From: Candidatus Heimdallarchaeota archaeon
Lineage (GTDB): Archaea; Asgardarchaeota; Heimdallarchaeia; JABLTI01
DNA length: 64,000 bases
Direction: 5' to 3'
NCBI GenBank assembly: GCA_019058275.1
Contig: JAHLVW010000074.1
Location: forward strand, 34,780 to 98,779
A program made the translations under genes and the position numbers. Below the pieces are notes generated by a model. It saw only the letters and a list, made by a program, of their open reading frames with translations, did not search any database and was not told the DNA's origin. Positions 49,699-59,682 of this stretch are shown here, in pieces; position 1 is the stretch's first letter, and each line of letters opens with the position of its first letter.

Positions 49699-49986
49699 AT
49701 GATGATATCCAGACCCCAGGAACATTTCTTGCAAGTTAAGTTTGATATTATTGAAAACTTAAAGGATATTCCCAATAACATTCAGTCTATTCTAAGCAAC
49801 GCTATAGCTTTCTTAGTAGCTATTTGTTTTGCAATTGGAGTAGTGTTGGCTATTGTAGGAGCGATTCAGTGGGCAACTGGTTGGGATGAACGTAATGGCA
49901 AAAAAACAATTGTCAAGGGTATTGTTTTAGTTGCTATTTCGTTACTATCAGGAGGAGGTATCTTAGCAGGATATATGTATCTTTGA
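49699..49986 (+). CDS. TrbC/VirB2-like pilin-type small membrane protein
   Basis: Two hydrophobic helices joined by G.I.WATG....GKK.I..GI. Confidence 0.55.
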   Translation: MMISRPQEHFLQVKFDIIENLKDIPNNIQSILSNAIAFLVAICFAIGVVLAIVGAIQWATGWDERNGKKTIVKGIVLVAISLLSGGGILAGYMYL

Positions 49987-50070
49987 CCCTTCATTTAATA
50001 GGAAAGAACTAAAGATAATACGAAAAATTATTAGTTAATATTTTACTCCCAGAAGGTAGAAACGAAGAGA

Positions 50071-51759
50071 GTGTTCAATACTTTGTCTAAAAATTCCAAT
50101 TCTCGAGATAATAATAAAGCTATAGCCATTATTGTTGGTATTTCAACTCCTTCTGAGGTTACTTTAATTGTTGATCCTAAAATCGCTCGAACAACACCTC
50201 TAGAGTTAGGTGAGCTAGTAGTTATTGATTATCCTAAAAATCTCGTACAAAAACCTGTTATTGCTATGATTTCAAAAATCGCTCTAAGTAATGAAAACTT
50301 AGTTGAAAGTTTAATCAAATCTCCTGAATCGATAGATCGTCTTAAATTACTCGGGCATATCGAAGAAGGAGAACGTTTAGGCGCAGCAGCAAGAATTCTA
50401 GGCTATTTAGATGAGGAAAGGGATCACATTGTTACTCCACGTTTTCCACCTTATCCAGGAGCAAAAGTCTCTAGAGCACCTTCTGAACTCTTATCGAAAA
50501 TTTTTGGAAAGGGACACATCTCAGTAGGTGAATTACGCTCACATAAAGGGGTAGAAGTAAAATTAAATGTTGATGAATTGGTCTCAAAACACTTTGCAGT
50601 TCTAGCAATTACCGGAGCGGGTAAATCCTATAGTATCGCAGTAATTGTCTCGAGGATAATCAATAATCTTCAAGGGTCAGTTGTCATTGTTGACCCGCAT
50701 GAGGATTATGTTCCATTTATAAAAAATAAGAATATTAATGGTAATATTACTGTTTTTTCAGCTAAGAGAACAACAGGTAGGCAAAGAATTGCTTTCAAAT
50801 TAAGTAATTTTGGTCATAATGCCCTTCTAGAACTTCTCGAGATACCAGAGCAAGCAACCATTCAAAGGGATTTACTAAGTAGAGCTTATTGGCGTTTACA
50901 AGAAAAGAAAGTTGATTGGGATTTACAAGATCTAAAAAACGAAATTAATGCTATAATAAAAGATCTAAGAGAAGATATAGTAATAGATGATAAAGGAAAG
51001 GAGCAAATTAGAAAGAGTAGTAAAGCAGAAGCAAATCGTTTAGAGAATTCCAAATTTGGTTTGTTCTCGAGAATAGACCTTGCTCCAGCAAGAGATGTAT
51101 TAACCAAAAGTTCAGAACTTCCTGTTTATAATGCAAATGCTCCTTCATTAGTTAAACCAAATCAAATAAGTATAATCACACTAACGGGATTAGGTTCCAA
51201 AACTCAACAAACAATTGTTGATTTAATTGCCAGAAAGATTTTCAATGCTGGCAAAGCACAAGTAAGAAATGAACTAACACCTCATAAATTACCATGTGCA
51301 GTTTTAATGGTTATAGAAGAAGCACATAACTTCATACCTGGTTCAGGTAGATCATCATCAATCTTAAAACAGATTGCTGCAGAAGGAAGAAAGTTCGGTG
51401 TGGGATTAGGTCTCGTTTCACAACGTCCTGGAAGATTAGATAGTGATGTGTTATCACAATGTAACACACAAATCATCCTAAAAATAGTAAATCCTTATGA
51501 TCAGCAACAAATTTTACGATCAAGTGAGAGTTTGAGCGAAGATTTACTAAATGATCTTCCAGCATTAAATGTTGGAGAAGCAGTAATAGTTGGCCCAAGT
51601 TTACCGATACCAGCGTTAGTTAGTATAGCTACATTTGATGGAAAACTTGGAGGTAAAGGAGTTCAAATTACAGAATCTTGGAAAGCAGCTCTTGAAAAAC
51701 AAAAAAGTTCGATAAGAAAACCTCAAAAATATGAAGATGACTTTAAATTGGATAAATAA
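50071..51759 (+). CDS. herA: HerA helicase
   Basis: HAS barrel, HFAVLAITGAGKS, DPH, IEEAH, EGRKFGVGL..VSQRP, SQCNT. Confidence 0.92.
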   Translation: MFNTLSKNSNSRDNNKAIAIIVGISTPSEVTLIVDPKIARTTPLELGELVVIDYPKNLVQKPVIAMISKIALSNENLVESLIKSPESIDRLKLLGHIEEGERLGAAARILGYLDEERDHIVTPRFPPYPGAKVSRAPSELLSKIFGKGHISVGELRSHKGVEVKLNVDELVSKHFAVLAITGAGKSYSIAVIVSRIINNLQGSVVIVDPHEDYVPFIKNKNINGNITVFSAKRTTGRQRIAFKLSNFGHNALLELLEIPEQATIQRDLLSRAYWRLQEKKVDWDLQDLKNEINAIIKDLREDIVIDDKGKEQIRKSSKAEANRLENSKFGLFSRIDLAPARDVLTKSSELPVYNANAPSLVKPNQISIITLTGLGSKTQQTIVDLIARKIFNAGKAQVRNELTPHKLPCAVLMVIEEAHNFIPGSGRSSSILKQIAAEGRKFGVGLGLVSQRPGRLDSDVLSQCNTQIILKIVNPYDQQQILRSSESLSEDLLNDLPALNVGEAVIVGPSLPIPALVSIATFDGKLGGKGVQITESWKAALEKQKSSIRKPQKYEDDFKLDK

Positions 51760-51818
51760 TGGAACTCAATTTATCCAAAATGAAGAATTTATTAATAAAA
51801 TTCGCAGGTGAATAGAAA

Positions 51819-53237
51819 ATTAGCGAGAAAAAGAATAAGGAATATCATTTCTGCCATACTGCTGATTGGCACTTAGATTATTTCCAATATAATAAAAGAG
51901 AGCGTTGGTATGATTTCTTTAAAGCTGCGAATGAATGCACAAAAATGATGATCGAAGAAAAACCAGACTTTGTTATTCATTGTGGTGATATGTTTCATCA
52001 ATTTAGGCCATCTCCTGGAGCTTTACGTTTTGCCATTCAAATACTTGATAAGTTTAGACAAGCAAACATTCCCTTTTATGTGATTAGAGGAAATCATGAT
52101 GCTTCAAAAGCTCAAGCCCAACGATTTGGTGGCACGGTTCTGAAATTCCTAGATGATTTGGGTTATCTTCAGTACGTTCAAGATGAAACAATTGATATCA
52201 ATGAACATATTCGATTTACTGGTATTGGTGAGTACGGCAAAACCACTGGAGATGTTATTGAAAATGTCCTAAGAAACAATCCGCTAGATGAATCCAAATT
52301 CAATATTTTAGCACTTCATGGTTATTTACAAGGGCAAGTAAGTGATTCAATTTTTGATATTTCAGGTTATCAATTAGCAAGTATAGGTTTTGACTACATA
52401 GCATTAGGTCACTATCATAAAGTATGGGAAGAAGCTGAAAACAGTATTTATTGTCCCGGTTCAACTGAACAAACAAGTTTGAACGATTGGGGAAAACCAG
52501 ACAAAGATGATTTCTTTAGAAAATCGGGATATTATAGCATTAAAACAACTTTAAACCCAGAAGAAAATTCTTGGGATTTGAAAGTTGAAAGAAAGGAATT
52601 TGATATTCGACCAAAAGGACGATTCACATACAATTTCACAGATGATTCAACGATTGATGAAATTATGGAAAAAGCTAATGCTTTTGTCAAGAAACATGAT
52701 TTAGAAGGTGCCATCATTAGATATGATTTTGTAGGTGAATTACCTTTAGGAAAGCAAAACTTGGTTAATTTTACAAAACTTCCAGCAATAAAAGAGTCAA
52801 AAGCACTGCATATAATACCAAATCAGCAAGTATCAAACATCATTTTGAGTAAAGCAAAAGCGGGATTAACATCAGAAGAAGCATTAAAAGAATTGCTAGA
52901 AAAATCATATAATGTCAAGAAGAGTTCAGTTAACAAATGGTTAGACATAACTAATGAAACCATTAAGGTTCTTGGGCAAAAAATAATCTCATCTGATTTA
53001 GCAGATGAAGTTAAGGCAATTTACAATTTAGTGTCTGAAATTTCATTACAATTAACTGAATCTGATATCAAAAAAATTGCAACTACAAAAATCAAAACAA
53101 AGAAATCAAAAAGTCAGCTAGCAAAACAACCAAAAACAAGTAAAAAACCAGTAAGCGGACCACCTAAAACTGCTAATCAGAACAATAAGGTGACAAAACA
53201 GGCTGATTTAGAGCATTTCTTTAAGGAGGGAGAGTAG
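51819..53237 (+). CDS. mre11: Mre11 nuclease
   Basis: Motif I HTADWHL lies upstream of the track's ATG, so the start is probably ATT at 51819. Also GDMFH, GNHD, LHG, ALGHYH, PGS. Confidence 0.9.
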   Translation: MSEKKNKEYHFCHTADWHLDYFQYNKRERWYDFFKAANECTKMMIEEKPDFVIHCGDMFHQFRPSPGALRFAIQILDKFRQANIPFYVIRGNHDASKAQAQRFGGTVLKFLDDLGYLQYVQDETIDINEHIRFTGIGEYGKTTGDVIENVLRNNPLDESKFNILALHGYLQGQVSDSIFDISGYQLASIGFDYIALGHYHKVWEEAENSIYCPGSTEQTSLNDWGKPDKDDFFRKSGYYSIKTTLNPEENSWDLKVERKEFDIRPKGRFTYNFTDDSTIDEIMEKANAFVKKHDLEGAIIRYDFVGELPLGKQNLVNFTKLPAIKESKALHIIPNQQVSNIILSKAKAGLTSEEALKELLEKSYNVKKSSVNKWLDITNETIKVLGQKIISSDLADEVKAIYNLVSEISLQLTESDIKKIATTKIKTKKSKSQLAKQPKTSKKPVSGPPKTANQNNKVTKQADLEHFFKEGE

Positions 53238-53238
53238 T

Positions 53239-56112
53239 ATGAAAACATTCGAGATTTCCAGTATTGAACTTGAGAACATCAAGACTTACAAATATGAAAA
53301 AATAGATTTCTATCAAGGAAATAATGTTCTAATAGGTGATAACGGAGCAGGAAAAAGCACTATTCTCGAAAGCATTTATCTATCGTTATTTGGAGATACA
53401 GTTCCTGGAAGAAATTTAGTTGACATGATAAGGTACGGGGAGAAGCAAGGCAAAATCATTATTCGATTTAATGTTAATGGTTCCAACTACAGAATAACAG
53501 ACGAATTAACTAAAAGAGAAGAGACAAGAGCAACGCAAACCCAAGTTTTGATTAATGAGACACTGGAAGATACAATAGCAGAAGGGAGAAATGCTGTTCG
53601 ACTCAAAATTGAAGAAATTTTAGATATAGATGCTACAACATTTATTAGTGCAGTATATGCTTCTCAAGGGGAAATTGGTCAAATTGTAACTGCAAAAGAT
53701 AAAGAACGAAAGAAGTTGTTTGACAGATTATTCCAAATAGATCGTTACGAAAAGGCTTGGAGTAATTTATCTAAAGTAGAGAAAATCATTAATTCAGAAA
53801 TAAATAATCTTGAAAATCATATTGATATTATTAGCAAAGATCTTACACAGTTACCAGAAATCGAAGATAATATTACTGAAAAGAAAACTCAATTGAAAAA
53901 TGATAAAAAGAACCTTTTGGGGTTAAGAACAACATACAAAGAATATGATCAAAAATACAAGCAACTAGATAAATTGGTGAGCAAACATAACAAATTGCTT
54001 GGTGAAAAGGGAACACTGGAAGAAGAGGAATCTGAGTTAAATCATCAGATTTTTGTTTTATTTGAAAGTATAAGTAGCAAAGCACGTGAAGAGATTAATG
54101 ATTTTAAATTGACTGATGCTAAGAAGTTACTAAAGAAATATGAAAACAAAGTAACTAAAGCAAAGGAATCATTGGAATCACTTCGTCAAGAAGAAAATAA
54201 CATCAAGATTGCTCTCGAGAAGAAAAACAATCTAGAAAGAACTTTTACGATATTAAATAACTCAATCATTCAAGAAACAAACAATCTAAATGGCGAGTTA
54301 GAGCAATTTAAAACAAAAATCTCTGAATTAGAAGATCCATTTGAGAATTGGGAAGTACAATTGCCAACATTAATGCAAAAAAGACAGAAAACACTTGAAA
54401 AAATCGAAAAACAAGAAAAAGAATTGCAGAAATCAATTAATAATATTTCAAAACTGGAAGTGAAATTAAAGTCCTTAAAAGAATCAGAAGACAGATACCA
54501 TTCAAGAATAGTTAAGAAGAGATTAATTTTATCACAAGAAGCTGGGGATTCATGGAAGGAATTGATAAATGATTTTTCAAAAATAAATTTCGATGAAAAA
54601 CTCCAGAAATTATCTTCTGATATTGATTCATTAGCAAAAAATCACTCTGAATTAGTAAATCAAAAAACAGTCACATGTGAAGGGCTGAAACGAATCCAAG
54701 GTGACCTTCAACATCTTAAAAGCTTGGATGGTGAAGAAACATGTCCAACTTGTAAGCAAACACTCTCTCCTGAAACATTCTACAATCTTCGCAATTCATT
54801 AAATAATGAAAAATCAGACTTACAAGAGAAAAAGAAAGAGATAGTACAAAAAATCAAAGATCTATCTTCCTTGCTTGATGAATTAAACAAAGAAGAGAAA
54901 GAATTAAGTAAACAACATCAATTATATGAAAAGATTGAACCAACATTTACAGACTTGCAAGATTTGGAAAAAGAGAAGAAGTCAGTAGAGGCATATTATA
55001 AGAAATTAGCTAAAGAAATTGATGTTTTGAAATCTAAATACTCAGTTGATAAAATCGATGAGCTTGAAATTGAGATTGATGACCTTAAAGAATCGATACG
55101 AGAAATTTCTGCATTGGAGAAAAGATTACCAAAATTTCTAATAAATAAACAGAAAATAAAGGAAGATACAACTGAAACCAAGAAACTAGAAGAAGAAATA
55201 TTGCAATTGAAATCAGAATTTGATGAAAAGACATATGTCAAAGTGAATGGAAAAATAAACAAACTGGAAGAAGAGCATGAACACTTTGCTGATATTTTGG
55301 AAATTTCTAAAGAATTAACTAGTAATTATGATGATTTAAAAGCAAACTCTGAAAAACTAAAAGCTAACTCTACAAAAATTGCTAAAATTGAGGTAATTGA
55401 TGACTTCAAAAATTGGGAAGATGTGAAAACAAATCGAGAGAAAATAGGTAATGATATTTCAGCATTGGAATCATCAGTAAATATGCTAGCTAATGAAGTA
55501 ATTCCACCTTTACTTGAACGAAAGAGGAAATTACAAGTAAAGGAGAAGGAATTAAAGAAAACTGAATCTGACTTAAAACTAGAAAATAAGAAAAAGGAAA
55601 TTGTATCGATACTTAGAGCATTGATGAGAGAGTTACCCAATAGATTATTGCCTAACTTTATTGAACGTATTAACAATGCAGCAACAGAAATATTACAATC
55701 AATAATCCCTGGAAGTGATATCCAGAGCATTATTCTAAATGATGATTATTCATTGAACATCATTCGCTTAGGGAATATCGAAAACATTACTGTGTTAAGT
55801 GGTGGAGAAACAATAATAATAGCACTTGCTCTTCGTTTAGCTTTCGCAAAAGAATTTTCAGCGTTAGATTCACTGATATTAGACGAACCGACGATTTTCT
55901 TAGATGAACGTAGAAGAGGGGAGCTTGTAACTGTATTAGAGAGAAATAGACTTGTAAGACAAATGTTCGTAGTTACTCATGATCCTGATTTTGAAAGAAT
56001 TTCAGATCAGACTTATTTTATAACAAAAGAAGGTGGCGAAACTACAGTAGAAGCAATTGATGATAAGGAAGAAACTGATGAGAATAATCTAATTAATCTC
56101 AAACTTTCATAA
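53239..56112 (+). CDS. rad50: Rad50 ATPase
   Basis: GDNGAGKS, SQGE Q-loop, coiled coils, CPTC zinc hook, LSGGE, LDEPT, VTH. Confidence 0.95.
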   Translation: MKTFEISSIELENIKTYKYEKIDFYQGNNVLIGDNGAGKSTILESIYLSLFGDTVPGRNLVDMIRYGEKQGKIIIRFNVNGSNYRITDELTKREETRATQTQVLINETLEDTIAEGRNAVRLKIEEILDIDATTFISAVYASQGEIGQIVTAKDKERKKLFDRLFQIDRYEKAWSNLSKVEKIINSEINNLENHIDIISKDLTQLPEIEDNITEKKTQLKNDKKNLLGLRTTYKEYDQKYKQLDKLVSKHNKLLGEKGTLEEEESELNHQIFVLFESISSKAREEINDFKLTDAKKLLKKYENKVTKAKESLESLRQEENNIKIALEKKNNLERTFTILNNSIIQETNNLNGELEQFKTKISELEDPFENWEVQLPTLMQKRQKTLEKIEKQEKELQKSINNISKLEVKLKSLKESEDRYHSRIVKKRLILSQEAGDSWKELINDFSKINFDEKLQKLSSDIDSLAKNHSELVNQKTVTCEGLKRIQGDLQHLKSLDGEETCPTCKQTLSPETFYNLRNSLNNEKSDLQEKKKEIVQKIKDLSSLLDELNKEEKELSKQHQLYEKIEPTFTDLQDLEKEKKSVEAYYKKLAKEIDVLKSKYSVDKIDELEIEIDDLKESIREISALEKRLPKFLINKQKIKEDTTETKKLEEEILQLKSEFDEKTYVKVNGKINKLEEEHEHFADILEISKELTSNYDDLKANSEKLKANSTKIAKIEVIDDFKNWEDVKTNREKIGNDISALESSVNMLANEVIPPLLERKRKLQVKEKELKKTESDLKLENKKKEIVSILRALMRELPNRLLPNFIERINNAATEILQSIIPGSDIQSIILNDDYSLNIIRLGNIENITVLSGGETIIIALALRLAFAKEFSALDSLILDEPTIFLDERRRGELVTVLERNRLVRQMFVVTHDPDFERISDQTYFITKEGGETTVEAIDDKEETDENNLINLKLS

Positions 56113-56706
56113 AGAATCAATTATTTTTAAAGCAGACATTAATTCGTCTTTGTCTTCGTCTTCCTTCTTGGGTTTTTTAGCATCTTTACTGACTGTCGGA
56201 GGTTTTGGAACTTCTGGGATTCTACTTTCTGGAGTCGTTGGTGTTGGTGCTTCATCAGCATCAACTGATCTAAAGGATGATGGTGTTGGTACGGGCGGAG
56301 CACTTATAGTAGATGTAGGAGTTGGTTCAGTAATTTGTGGTCTTGGTTCTGTAGGTGGTCTAGGAACAATTGAAGGTGCTTCAGCTTTTGGTTGAGTAAT
56401 AGATGAAACTACTGGTGCTTGTATTTTTCCTTCTTCTTTAATTGGTTGGTCAGTTTTTGGAGTAGTTAGATGAGCAAGTCCTCTAACATTATCTGGACTT
56501 GAAGAACTTTCTATTGCTTTAAGTAAACCTTTACTGCTTACGTCAACTAATGCCTCCATTTTGTGAACTTTTTCTTCTAAGTTCTGGATACGTTTGTTTG
56601 TTACGTCAATGTACTCAGTAAATTCCTTTTCCAGATTTTCTAGTGATTTGATTATTGTGGAAACGAAATCTTCCAATTGTTTGTAGAGCTTATCATCTTG
56701 ACTCAA
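56107..56706 (-). CDS. Coiled-coil plus proline-rich protein with C-terminal amphipathic helix
   Basis: 199-aa ORF with PxxP-rich linker, ending KDELMSALKIIDSL. Confidence 0.7.
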   Translation of the reverse strand: MSQDDKLYKQLEDFVSTIIKSLENLEKEFTEYIDVTNKRIQNLEEKVHKMEALVDVSSKGLLKAIESSSSPDNVRGLAHLTTPKTDQPIKEEGKIQAPVVSSITQPKAEAPSIVPRPPTEPRPQITEPTPTSTISAPPVPTPSSFRSVDADEAPTPTTPESRIPEVPKPPTVSKDAKKPKKEDEDKDELMSALKIIDSL

Positions 56707-56887
56707 ATTAATTTACACCATTGAATAGTTTTAGAGATTAACATCAATTGAATACTTGTAGGTATAATTTCTATTAGAGAGATACATTTTAAATGTAATT
56801 ATTAGCGCATGTCTTGATCTTAATCTACCTAAATACTCACTTAAATGGTACAAAAATGTTGTATTTTAACATGCGCTTGCCAGCAAA

Positions 56888-58258
56888 TTATTGCAGAAAT
56901 TTCAGTTTATCTTTATACTGCTTTAAATCATCAGATTTCATTAAATTTAGAATAATATCCTTTGCTTCTGTCATAACTTCTTTATAATTAATTGTTAAAA
57001 GCTGCCTATCTTTCATAACTGTTTTACCATCAATAATTGTGGTTTTTACGTTTGAATCGTTCGTGCAAAAAGCGATTAATGAATATGGATTATGAGGGGG
57101 CCATACATTTGGTGTTTTTGTATTAATGATTGCTAAATCTGCTTTCTTACCAATTTCCAATGATCCTACTGTTTTTTGTAGTCCCAATGCTTTTGCACCA
57201 TTTATTGTAGCCATACTTATTGCTTCTGTAGCAGGAAGAATTTCTGGATTTGTGTTAACTCCTTTATGAATATAAGATGCTAAACGTAATTCGCTAAGCA
57301 TGCTGAGATTATTGTTACTCGCAGCTCCATCAGTACCTAATGCAATAGTAATACCATTCTCAAAAAGTGTCTGGTATCTAAATATGCCAGAACCTAATTT
57401 GAGATTACTTGTTGGATTATGAGAAATCTTAACTTTATTTTCACTTAAAAGTTTACAATCTTCATCATTTAACCAAACACAATGAGCTGCAACTAAGTTT
57501 TCATTTAGAAAACCAATGTTAGCTAAATGCGTTATGGGTGAACAATTGTTTTTCTTCATTGAATCATCAAATTCATCCTTTGTTTCAGACAAATGTATTT
57601 GTATGCGCAATTGATTTTTCTCTGCTAACTCCTTACTTGCTAATAGAAGTTCATCAGAACAGGTATTTGTAGCATGTGGAGAAATTATGATAGAACATAG
57701 CTTGGCATTTTCTTTGGCATATTTAAGGAATTTTTTAACTCGAGTCATTTCAATAGCTCTTCTCGTTGCTTTGCCCAAATCTATCATACCATAACCCAGA
57801 ACTCCTCGAAAACCGATTTCCTCCATAGCTTGTAGTGATTTTTCCTCATGAAAATACATATCACAAGCAGTAGTGGTTCCACCTTGAATCATTTCAATAG
57901 CCGCAAGTTGGGTGCCAACATAGCAATCTTTAGGTTTCAATTTTGCTTCGATGGGCCAAATATAATCATTTAACCATTTAGTTAATGGGAGATCATCAGC
58001 TATTCCTCGAAATAATGTCATAGCAAAATGACCATGAGCGTTAACAAAACCAGGAATTACTAGATCTCCTTTGGCATCAATTTCTTCTTTTACATCGATT
58101 TTATTCCCATAAGAAAAATGAAATTTATCCATAGGGCCCATATCGCTAATCAAAGTATCTTTGATTAAGATATAGCCACGATTAAAAGTTTCTAAATTAT
58201 TATTCATTGTTAAAATGTGAGCATTATGAATTAGGATATCAATTTCTGAGGATGCCAA
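56888..58258 (-). CDS. Amidohydrolase (MtaD/DadD-like deaminase)
   Basis: PGFVNAHGH, IHLSET, AAHCV, HNPTSNLKL, LGTDGAASNN. Confidence 0.88.
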   Translation of the reverse strand: MASSEIDILIHNAHILTMNNNLETFNRGYILIKDTLISDMGPMDKFHFSYGNKIDVKEEIDAKGDLVIPGFVNAHGHFAMTLFRGIADDLPLTKWLNDYIWPIEAKLKPKDCYVGTQLAAIEMIQGGTTTACDMYFHEEKSLQAMEEIGFRGVLGYGMIDLGKATRRAIEMTRVKKFLKYAKENAKLCSIIISPHATNTCSDELLLASKELAEKNQLRIQIHLSETKDEFDDSMKKNNCSPITHLANIGFLNENLVAAHCVWLNDEDCKLLSENKVKISHNPTSNLKLGSGIFRYQTLFENGITIALGTDGAASNNNLSMLSELRLASYIHKGVNTNPEILPATEAISMATINGAKALGLQKTVGSLEIGKKADLAIINTKTPNVWPPHNPYSLIAFCTNDSNVKTTIIDGKTVMKDRQLLTINYKEVMTEAKDIILNLMKSDDLKQYKDKLKFLQ

Positions 58259-58339
58259 TTTATTTCACCTAGTTATCTATTAATAGATAAAATACTTCAT
58301 GCTTTTATCCTTAAAATTAATTTGTTTAAAAAAAACCAC

Positions 58340-59530
58340 CTATTTGGTTAATTTTGCTACAAAAAAGCCTGGAGTATCATGTTGATCCGGGTAAAATCTT
58401 CTCATATATTCAAGTGTAAGTCCATTTCCAGTATCTTCCCCATGAGTACCTAGTAGTATATCAGGTTCAACAAGTTTTAATCCAAGATTATTGACTGCGT
58501 AAGAGATTACTTTTTCATTCTCTTCAGGTTCTAGAGTACAAGTTGAGTAGGTTATAATTCCTCTTTTTCGCACGATTTTTGCTGCCGCCCAAAGAAATGA
58601 TTTTTGGTAATTGGCTACATTAAAGATATCAGAATTCTGAGTTTCATCATAAGTTTTAGGTCGAACTCCAACTGCTGAACAGCTTGGATCGACTATCACT
58701 TTATCTGCTTTTATTGTATGTTGTTTTACATATTCCACGCTATTTGCTTTCACGATTTCAATACCAGATAAATCTTGGTTCCTTACTAATTCAGACATTC
58801 TAGTAAGACGTTTTTTACTCCTATCAAAAGCAATAATATTGGCTTTATTATTAGAAAGAATCGCTGCGCTTGTGCTCTTTCCACCTGGTGCTGCACATAA
58901 ATCAATGATCTTGTCATTAGGTTTAGGATCTAACACATGACCAACATAGGCTGCGGGAATGCTTTGGCTTTGAGCAATACCTGATTCAATTACAACTATT
59001 TTTCGAAGACTTGGAGTTTCAAAGAAGCTTGTAGTGTTATCTACCGCAATTCCTTTTGATTTAACCATTTTCGAACTTATTCTAGATATGCCGGTTGCAA
59101 CTATTTGATCCATGGGACTCACCATTGATACAAGATCACCAGGATTGATTTTAGGCATACGTTTTATTCCAACAACAAAAAGATCAGAACCAATAAACAC
59201 ACTTTCAGCAGCGACTTTATCAAGAACCATTCGAGGAACATCAGAAAAAAAGGGCACTGTAAAGCGTCCTCTTGTTTTAACAGTCAACATTTCACTTAAA
59301 ATTTTATGAGGTGAAGCTTTCCAACCAGCTTCTTCAAATAGCTCTATAACATCTTCGCGAGAGATTTTAGTAATAGTTCCTCTCACTGCAAAATCCATTA
59401 CAGGCCGCGAAAGTGATTGAACTATTTCTCTTGAACGTTTTTCTCCATAACGATTACAAAATCTTTTCCAGAGATCAATGGAGAAAGTCCCTTCATTTGG
59501 GTCCAACCTTGGAATTTTCATACTTACCAA
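58340..59530 (-). CDS. RsmB/NOP2/NSUN-family RNA m5C methyltransferase with PUA domain
   Basis: PUA domain, DLCAAPGGKS, VDPSCS, YSTCT..PEENE, GFFVAKL. Confidence 0.9.
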   Translation of the reverse strand: MVSMKIPRLDPNEGTFSIDLWKRFCNRYGEKRSREIVQSLSRPVMDFAVRGTITKISREDVIELFEEAGWKASPHKILSEMLTVKTRGRFTVPFFSDVPRMVLDKVAAESVFIGSDLFVVGIKRMPKINPGDLVSMVSPMDQIVATGISRISSKMVKSKGIAVDNTTSFFETPSLRKIVVIESGIAQSQSIPAAYVGHVLDPKPNDKIIDLCAAPGGKSTSAAILSNNKANIIAFDRSKKRLTRMSELVRNQDLSGIEIVKANSVEYVKQHTIKADKVIVDPSCSAVGVRPKTYDETQNSDIFNVANYQKSFLWAAAKIVRKRGIITYSTCTLEPEENEKVISYAVNNLGLKLVEPDILLGTHGEDTGNGLTLEYMRRFYPDQHDTPGFFVAKLTK

Positions 59531-59682
59531 GATGAAATCAAGCGATTCATTTATTTAATTTTAGCTAAACTATCGACGATAATATGATTTCTTCCTTCTT
59601 TGCTTCTGAGAAAAGAAATATATGTAAAGTTCTTATCTGTTCTAGTATTTGTTGATGAACGTTCTGCATTATAGCCTGATAG

